Positions 54,681-64,000 of a stretch of 64,000 nt of DNA are shown one piece after another (the first letter of the stretch is position 1; every line of letters begins with the position of its first letter). Origin of the DNA: Octopus vulgaris (lineage: Eukaryota); assembly GCA_951406725.2 (NCBI GenBank), contig OX597819.1, positions 42,904,001 through 42,968,000 on the forward strand, given 5' to 3'. The translations under genes were made by a program, and so were the position numbers. Under the pieces are notes generated by a model, which was given only the letters and a program-made list of their open reading frames with translations, did not search any database and had not been told where the DNA came from.

Positions 54681-55772
54681 TCACTCATACACCAGTCTTT
54701 CCGTGTTATGTGTTAGACAAGTTTATTACTGGCAGATTATTTTACAGTTAATTGAATGTCTTCCCTGTAGCTAACACATACTGATAATTCAAATACTTTC
54801 ATACATTATATAGAAACATACACAACTGAATGCAAGCAAAATAGTCCCTGCTCTTGGTCTAATGTAGAACATTGTGGCTCACTTTGCTCGGAGACACAAT
54901 ATAATGACTCTAGCAAAACCGAACCCATCACCATATGTGGTCAATAGTCCAGAGCCTTAACCTCCGATACATTAATGCCCCATACACATATTATTGATTT
55001 CATCAAAATCAATGAATCCAATTCTTAAGTATTAACATCAATATTTGATTCAATCAGAAAATCTCAGATACACATGTGCGGGAGGAGGGGGGAAGACACA
55101 CACACATACTTTCTCTGAAAATTCTTGAGCTACTTACTACCACCCTCCAATTCCATGTTTTTTGGTATCCATAGCAATGGTGTCTTATCAAAAATATGAA
55201 TATGGAGACGAATGGAATTTTTTCAAGCTAGAAAATATATAACTTTTAGGAAAAGTATTACAGCAATGTTCACAAAGGCAAGAGATTATTCATTTTTGCA
55301 TATTAAAAAAATGGTGGTGAAAAAAAAAATTTTTTTTTAATACCCCCCCCCCCCCCATCCACCTTTCAACTATTCACTCTCTTCAACACCGAATGCTTGC
55401 ATATTATTAAAGAAAGTGCTTTTACAGATGGATGCATTTCCAACTGCAAATCACTGGGCCATGAAGTGGGGAATGACATTTATTAGGCTCACTGAGGCGA
55501 AGAGAGTAGTATGTCTTGCCCGGAGGACACAATACAATGGATGGGTGTCACAAGAATTAGTGCCATGTGATGAGGTTCTAGAAATTCGAGCTAGACTGTA
55601 TCTTCCAAGAGATACTAGTGGAAATGAAACGTTTCCAGTCGGGTACTACAGCAACATTCAGATCATACTGCTGTGACTATATTCAGTGGTTAATACTGAA
55701 ATTGTATGGAAAAGTTTTTCATCTTCACTTCGAAAATTGTGAACGCAATATTTTTAACATTTTCCAAATACC

Positions 55773-56001
55773 TATTTCTGTACTACCCACAAGGGGCTAA
55801 ACACAGAGGGGACAAACAAGGAAAGACAAACGTGTTAAGCCGATTACATCGACCCCAGTGCGTAACTGGTACTTAATTTATCAACCCCGAAAGGATGAAA
55901 GGCAAAGTCAACCTCGGCGGAATTTGAACTCAGAACGTAATGGCAGACGAAATATGGCTACGCATTTCACCCGGCGTGCTAATGTTTCTGTCAGCTAGCC
56001 G
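55773..56001 (-). mobile_element. Young full-length SINE B with 15-bp TSD
   Basis: cattttccaaatacc at 55758-55772 and 56002-56016. Confidence 0.92.
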
Positions 56002-56836
56002 CATTTTCCAAATACCAACCTTAATTTGTGGAGTCTAAAGTCAGCCAAGAAACCCCAAAGCAAACAGAGTTATGCACCTTTCTCAAGAGCACCGCTCAGT
56101 GGTGGTGGTGGTAGTGGAATTTATAACGCAGGGTCAATAAGCCAACACCAAAAATCTCAGAGCCATAATTGTACCTCATCTTAGTTTGAATTATATAAAT
56201 TCACATTCAAATTCCAAAAGCATTCAATGCTATTATGGTATCACTCACAGTATATAAACATACATAAATCATAGAACCATCATTCACAAGTAAGCATGGC
56301 TTGGTAGCATGTCTCATACTTTCACTAACTGTTTTAAGGTGCCTGTGTAATCACAAGTAGATGCAAGCACAGGCATGCTCTTGACCTCCCATCCTTTGTG
56401 ATTATACTGTAAAAAGTTTCAAAACTATTGCACTGAGAGTATTCTCACTTTCAGGGGTCTCTTTTTCCCCTTCACAATTATTTCTTGCAATTTATCAATA
56501 AAAAGAGAATAACATAAAAAAAAAAGGATTGAGACAAGTGGTGGAATGCCAGATTGCAGACCTGCTCAACCTAAGCATTAAAATGATGGTGATGATTACA
56601 GCGACAATGATAAAGATGGTAGTCTTTAACATAGGGGCAAAGGGATAAATTTGGAACATAAGGTTACAGTTGATAACATTCATCCCAGAATTTAACAGGT
56701 GTATATTTTATTGACCTATGAAATAGGGATGACACACAAAGTCAACCTCACAAGGATTTGAACACTGAAATCCTAGACACAAAAAACTGATGGGAGAAAA
56801 CATTCCATTTAGTGATATATATTTGTGGCATTCAAA

Positions 56837-57055
56837 GGTGGCGAGCTGACAGAATCGTTAACACGCTGGGCGAAATGCGTAGCCGTATTTCGTCTGCCAT
56901 TACGTTCTGAGTTCAAATCCCGCCGAGGTCAACTTTGCCTTTTATCCTTTCGGGGTCGATTAAATAAGTACCAGTTATGCACTGGGGTCGATGTAATCGA
57001 CTTAATCCGTTTGTCTGTCCCCTCTGTGTTTGGCCCCTTGTGGGTAGTAAAGAAA
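56837..57055 (+). mobile_element. Young full-length SINE B with TSD
   Basis: Flanked by atatatttgtggcattcaa and atatatttgtgacattcaa. Confidence 0.92.
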
Positions 57056-58128
57056 CATATATTTGTGACATTCAATAAATAGCATTTACATCATTATTTT
57101 TTGAAACTGTTTCTGATGGGCTTAGTTGTTGTTGAAGTAAATAACATTTACTTTAGTGCTGTATAACACCTGAATAACACCAGTAAAGTTTAATTTAAGA
57201 GTCAGCAATATGGATCTGTTATAAAGAATTAATTTCAATTTATCATAAATTTTTACACACTTCTTAACTGCTTGATAGAGATATATATTTTCAGGTTACT
57301 TGGTTTTTCCATATGGACAGAACTGATGTTTATATGTTGTTATTACTCTGTGCAAAAAGCGCTGCTGTGCGTTCATTCATTCAATCATTTATTTACCTAA
57401 CTCTCAAGTTTTAAGAGAACTGACATAAAAAGTCATACCGAAAAAATAACTGAGGTTAAACTGATGTGCTACTGATATAGATAGAGATTCTAATACTATA
57501 TAAACATCTCCCTGGAATTAATGACAAGCAAGGTTATATAATAAACACTATGCAAACATAATTCCCACATGTGAACAAATCTGGCTGAAAACAAACTGCC
57601 CAGGTGATCATTATTCTATCAAAACATACTAAAATGTAAAAAAAAAGGTATCAGGGAAAAATCTTCAGAAAACTAGAAAGAACATACAATTGCCTGAAAA
57701 GATTAGATTTCTTTGAAAATCCAATGAGATAATTATTACATGTTTTTATCTTGCAGTTAAAAAAAAATAAATAAATACTTCTACAGACATTTGCTCTTAG
57801 CACCCACCTTTTTTTTTTTCCTCATTTTGATAATAATGGATCGTTTCAAGAAGCATGATGGGTTCGTTGTATACAGGTACATTTACCAATAGTCATTTCT
57901 TTATCACTGTTTGGGGGTAAATAAATATCTAATCCCAAAGTGAACCCAGTTCATAATTTAAGAAGGTTGGGTCTCCAGATCCTATCAGACTGATTATGCT
58001 AGCATGGAAAGTGGACGCTAAATGACGATGATGATGATGGATAGCACAGTAGTGCATATAATTTGATCCCTAATTTCCAGCTAGTTGGAGATACTCAATT
58101 TAGTGTTTGTTACTCATGGGTACACTAA

Positions 58129-58255
58129 AAATACCTTGAGGTAATATTTATCCCCACTTGAATGTTGGTTAGAGCAAACTAAACTGCAGCAGATATAGTT
58201 TGTTTAAACAGAACATCCACACTGAAGTGGGGATAAATATCACTTCAAGGTATTT
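58129..58255. repeat. Palindromic foldback or MITE-like hairpin, about 127 nt
   Basis: aaataccttgaggtaatatttatccccactt pairs with aagtggggataaatatcacttcaaggtattt. Inner stem tgttggttagagcaaacta with tagtttgtttaaacagaaca. Confidence 0.85.
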
Positions 58256-60682
58256 AATACTGACCCTGTCGTTACAATGTAATTTTTAAAAAAATACCTT
58301 GTCCACTAAACAGACACTCTCCTGCAAAAGTTAGGTGAATGTGGCTTGACCAAAGTTCAGAGCAAAATATTAGTGGAAGAAGTGAAACTCAATAGCTATG
58401 ATTTCTATTGCTTAAGATTTGCATTATTCAACCTCTCATCACACTACAAAAGAGAAGAATTGATGAATGCGAATTACATAATGTATGAGTAATTAATGCA
58501 CAAGCAAATTCCTATTAGATAATTGTATAGTTATAATTAACTAAATTAAAATTTACAGTGAAACAAATAGCGCAAACTTTTACACAAAACCCGTCAGACA
58601 GACATACACCTCCTCTCTTTACAACCCATCCCCACTGCTCTGTCTCAGCACAATTGAATAGAAGGTGTAATTAACTTGTAAAATTAATGACTGAGTTTAC
58701 ATAAAAACAAAGGTTATGAAATTTATTGACTAAATTTTGCTGAATTCTTTCCAAAGCACAATAAGCAATGATATACATATGTATAAATGGATTTATTTCA
58801 TTGGTCATTATCTATCTTTCTCTACATACATACAATATCATCTAAAAATAGTGATTAGCAAGCACTCATTAAGTTCCTCCATGTTAAACAGCCTATTATC
58901 CACCTGCAAACAACAGGAAGAGAACAGGTATTGATGCAAGACGCAGAGGATAACAGTAGTGAGAAGACTGGGGGAGACACCTACTGGTAGATTCAGATGC
59001 ATTGTTAATGCAGCTGCAAGTTATAAATTGGAAAGAATCAATGTGTGTGTGTGTGTGTGTGTGGAAAGAGAGAGAGGGAGAGAGAGAGACAAGGTACAGA
59101 CAGACACAGCACCAAGTTCTACCAACAAACCCTATTATATATTCACATCATGTAACTGATCTAGTTTTAGTGCAGATTTAAAGAGATGCAGCTTCTACAT
59201 TATCAGTTTGCCTTCCTGACAGCTGGGTCTTTTGGTCTTTTTCTCCTTAACAAGAATATCTACCAGATATGTGAAACTTTCGACTGCACTGGATGAACTC
59301 AAAGAAATTGTAGATGACCTTGTTCATAAAGAAGGCATAGCATCCAGGGGCCTCTCTCCCCCTTGCTCTTAGGTTAAGGTGAGTACTTAAACTGCTAGTT
59401 ATTTCATTAGGTCCCATATCCAGTGACAACAGCTATTGTTAGCTGAGTTAGACAGGTGTGCTATTTAACTAGTTGTCTCAGCCTTGTATGTATGATAGAC
59501 AATTGGTACAGTTAACATAAATAACATTCAGAAAGTGGAGGGAGGGAAAATTCCACAACTGTCAGGTAAGGGACAAGGATTAACTTCTAAGAGCCCCAAT
59601 TTTAAGGTTGAAGCACAATGGGGTCTTATTAGTTTTTTTTTCTTTTTCTTCTGTATTTAAAAAGGGTAGCTTTAATTAGAGAAAATGGGACATGCACACA
59701 CACACACACAACACACATGGAGCAGCCTTCTTCTTTTATACATAATCAAAGATATTAAATTAATACTAGCTTCAAATTTTGGCATAAGGCCAGCAATTTC
59801 GCGTGAGGAGGGTATATTGATTACATTGGCCCCAGTGCTCAACTTGCACCATTTATATTGACTCCCAAAAGGATGATTGGTGTTAGAACTCAACATAAAG
59901 TCATCAGAAGTGCCACTAAGCATTTTGCCCAGCAAGGATTCAGTTTGACCAGCTCCCCACTTTAGATATGAAATTAGTATTGGCTGTTGATTAATCCCAG
60001 GTACCAGTGAAGTACTGATGTAGATTTCTTGCCCCACCCCACCTGTGCAAAAATGGAGTATCCACATCATAGCTACACCAACCCTTCCATGTGATAATGA
60101 AGGGGCTCCAGGCAAGCCTTACTCAAACAGTTCCATCATTAATAACATTCCATACATGACTATACCATTTTTTATCTCCTAATCAATGCTTCTAAGCTTA
60201 CATCGTCCAAAGTCCTTCTTAAGATGGCAGGGTGTGATTCAAGGGAAATTTTGCTACCATTTCTTGTAGTTCAAGTTACCATGTAGAGGTTCCTCACTGG
60301 CTCTCAAAAACATTAATGACACAGCGTGATGCAAAATGGCAACAATCTAGAATAGCAACTGGCTTTAGATAGGTTCTTTCACAGAATTTATCTCAAATGT
60401 ATAGCACTTCAATGTGTCAAAATACTGATTTGTAACACTGGCATAAGGCCACACATCTTGACTGAGGCAGGCTGTAAATCAGTTTAATTAACACCAGTAT
60501 TAAGCAACAACAGATGGCTATGCTTACAGGGGATCCTCAATGTGATGTTTCAGTTCATTAGAAATAACAACCAAATCTGTCTCAAATCTAATTCTATTGT
60601 CTCAATAAAGACAGGATGATCATAATTGGAAAGCCTTTGATAAGGATCATATGTCAGCTTACCAAGGGGGTCACATGGAGTT

Positions 60683-61076
60683 TAATTTATTAAGTACCTG
60701 AAAGGATGAAAGGCAAAGTCAACCTTGGCAGAATCTGAACTCAGAACGAAAAAGACAGGTAAAGTACTGTTAAGCATTTTGCCCGGTGTGGTAACAACTC
60801 TGCCAGCTTGCCACCTTAAGAAGTGCCATAATAACAACAACTTTCTATGGTTGGGATTGAGGGTAGCAGACTAGTTGAAGCAGTAGAACATTGGACAAAA
60901 TGCTATACAGTATTTGCTCCAGCTCTTTACTATCCAAGTTCAAATCCATCTGAAGCTAACTTTGCCTTTCATTCTTCTGAGTTCAGCAGATAGAAATGAA
61001 GTACCAGCTATGTACTGGTGTAGATTTAATCAATCATTCTCTTACCCATAAATTTCTGGCTTTGCACCTGAGAAAC
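60683..61076. mobile_element. Divergent pair of B-related SINE copies
   Basis: B core on minus at 60683-60818. Diverged plus copy at about 60863-61076 (aactttgcctttcattctt...aagtaccag). Confidence 0.65.
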
Positions 61077-62611
61077 AAAAATTCCACTGCCACCAGCAAT
61101 GCCACCACTTCATTAGTTTTCATTTTAGGAAGGAGTGGAGGGTCCCCTTTAAGGGCCTGCCGTTGGAGTACTTATGTCCTGTTTTACTGACTTTACCTAA
61201 GTTTCTTGTGTAAACTTTGAACGGGAATAATATTAATAGCATCATGATATGCTGTTCAATAATTTTTACCAAAATAATCACCCACCTATGTTATCAACCT
61301 TAGTTTGGAACTATTATGTCATATATCATAAGCTAGAATTATATAATCAGCGAAACTAACGAGAAAAATAAACATTACTAAAAAAAAAAAAAACATTCTC
61401 CATTGTTGTATTTGTTATTGTTGTTGTTGTGTCACAAAACAAGTGAGTTTTCTTGATTAAAACAAATTCCTGTGTAATTTAAATTCGAGAGCAAAGAACA
61501 AAACAGAATAACAAATAATAAAAGAAGAAGAAAAAAAAACTATTTACAGCCCCTCACACACACACACTCTCTTTTTTCAAAAATGAATAACTAGATAATA
61601 AAAATAAAAAAAGAAGAAAAAGCTACAACTACCTGAAACAGATAAAATGGAATGGATAAAACCAATATCTAGTACTTAGAATTTTTGAAAAATTAGGAAA
61701 AATAATCTGTGATTCCTGAGCAGGAATAAAAATGAAAAGAGACTAAAATGTATAAGAATGTGTAAAGTTTATATTCATTAGACAGCAATTGTAAGGTTCA
61801 GCTGCCAAGTAATAAACAGAACCAAGCAAGAGAGATAATATATACATAAAGACAACACCTCTCGGGTTGTCATTACAGAAGTCATAGAAAAGTTTTCTTT
61901 AATCCAATTTTACTCCTTTCAAACACACTGTTTTGTTTAACGAAATAGATAGCTAGCTAGAGAGAAAGAGAGAGATGGAGAGAGAGAGAGAGAGAGGAGG
62001 GGGGGGGGAAAGAGAGATAATAATAATAATAATAATAATAATAGTAATAATAATAATAGTAATAATAATAATAATGACGATGATGATGATGATAATATGG
62101 AAAATAATGAAAAGGAAATATAAATCTAAGTATAAAAACATAAAAATAAATAAATAAAGAAAGAAAATATTTAAAAGAAGTTTTGAATGTTATCTTAATT
62201 CTGCAAGTTATCGCAGCAGGTGAAAGAAAGAAATGTATTGGTGCAGCAATACTTGCTAATCCAGCAATTTAACAGTTTCTGCTATGTCAAGTGGAATTAA
62301 CAGTAATAACAGCAACAACAACAACAACAACAACAAAATCTTATATAAAATAAAAACAAGAACAAACAAACAAAAACAAAAACAAACAAACAACAATAAC
62401 TAAAACACCGTCTCACGAACTAGCTAGATTAATCATTAGAGAACACACAACAGTTTATCTAACTCGGAATTACAGAAAATACCACACTAATGCATATATG
62501 AATGTGCATACATGCAAGCTGATGCACATAAACAACCTACATTTTTATTATTTTATAGGATCAGAGTTGACAGTTTCTATAAAAACAGATAAAAACAGAC
62601 AAAAGCAGAAA

Positions 62612-62646
<35 letters not shown>

Positions 62647-63029
62647 AAAAAGAAGTAACACCCCCCCACTCCCATCACCCACTAGATACACTATTACACC
62701 AGAGTTTAAAAGAATAATTGCATCTTTTTCTTTTCATTTGTTTAACTAGAATATAAAATAACGCCAAAATATGTGCATTTGCATGTTTGCTTGTGTGTGT
62801 GTGTGTGTGTTCAGGCCCCCCCCCCCCCACACACACACACGCACAAAAAAAATTGAATGTAATTGCTCTCACTTTGCTATTTTCAACAGAGAAGTTAAAG
62901 TTTTTCAGCTAGCTAAAGAGACAAAGTTAGTTGTTGAAAAGACAGCAATGTGTGAGTGAAAGGAAAGGACTCAGCGAATTAAAAATGCTTGGGGAAAAAG
63001 TTAAGCTTCTATTGAGGTTCTCTTCTGTA

Positions 63030-63065
<36 letters not shown>

Positions 63066-63365
63066 GGCTGAAGCTTCCCCCTCAAAACTGTAGAATCATT
63101 GTGGACTCTGAGTCTGTTTCTGGGAATATAAAAGTGTCTCTACAGCCATGTCATATTTTTATTATTTTCTTATGATGGGAAACACACACACACACACACA
63201 AATGCTATATGATCTAAAGGAAAATAGGTGGGATGATTAACAATAGAATATGTGTGTGTGTGTAATATTTTGGACGAAATTAGCAGGATGGGTCAAAACA
63301 ACCGTTGTACAAAATGAAGTTTAATATCAAATACATCTTCTGATTACTTAAGAAATTATTATAAT

Positions 63366-63422
<57 letters not shown>

Positions 63423-64000
63423 TAGTTCCAATGTATGAAAGGGGGGAGGGAGATCGATATGTTGACATCATCTTAGACACATTCACTTCAATTTATTCCC
63501 ACACTGCACCCCATGTTTTCAGTGAGTTCCCATTATAAATTTAACCACAAATTGTAATATGATTTTCTTGGTGGTGTAATGTTAGACACCATCGCCAGCC
63601 AACCAGCCAAACAACCGGACAACCAAATGTTTTGGTTCCAAAGCCGGTGTGTGTATGTGTGTGTGTGTGTGTTTTTGAAGTCACAGACATAATCAAGATT
63701 TATACTAGAGGTGGGTTTTGTAGCCAGTGATGTTGGGTGATATCTGATGCCTTCAGTTGGTTGGGTTCTTTGTCAGCTATCTTGCACACAAGGCTACTTC
63801 GATCCGCTTCAGCTATAATATCTCTAGCACCTCTACTGCCTGTCTGTCTGGCTAGGGATGCTAATATCAAATCACAAATACAGAATCTATTTAATGCAAG
63901 AATTAGAAGACATTGTTGGGATTTTTTTACCTCCCATATTTTTTTTTAAGCAACATTTTTTTCTTCTTCTGTTTTTAAAGTAGTTCTTCCCAACTCGCTT

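Larger units (their letters stand above)
45166..64000 (-). other. Intron (>18 kb) upstream of the TCF exon
   Basis: Ends in cag at 45166. No beta-catenin-binding-domain exon is recognisable up to the window end. Confidence 0.55.

Overview
AT-rich, microsatellite- and SINE-dense eukaryotic DNA. The repeat content (tRNA-derived SINEs, RTE, Dong/R4, Tx1 and Tc1/mariner debris) points to an octopus genome, which is an inference from recalled repeats and not a database result. I find only one convincing host exon: 45059-45165 on the minus strand (107 nt, phase 1 to phase 0, ...GYVVSPYPYPNG...). Its sequence and splice phases match the exon that follows the beta-catenin-binding region of TCF/LEF/pangolin (vertebrate TCF7L2 exon 3). 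If so, the window is mostly two very large introns of the Wnt effector gene, and almost all ORFs in the track are microsatellite or repeat artefacts. No CRISPR arrays, real tRNA or rRNA genes, or intact transposons were seen. Best leads, all hypotheses: (1) a CpG-retaining island of about 6 kb inside the downstream intron, a possible internal promoter for a TCF lacking the beta-catenin domain; (2) in-frame phase 0/0 cassette candidates, a 12-nt UGC-preceded microexon and a 63-nt exon; (3) a repeat family carrying the TCF motif ATCAAAG; (4) inverted duplications centred on (TA)n or (CA)n microsatellites; (5) inverted SINE pairs and foldbacks that would make dsRNA (ADAR substrates) around the exon. 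Repeat family labels A-G are my own, and repeat boundaries are approximate unless a TSD or TIR is quoted.
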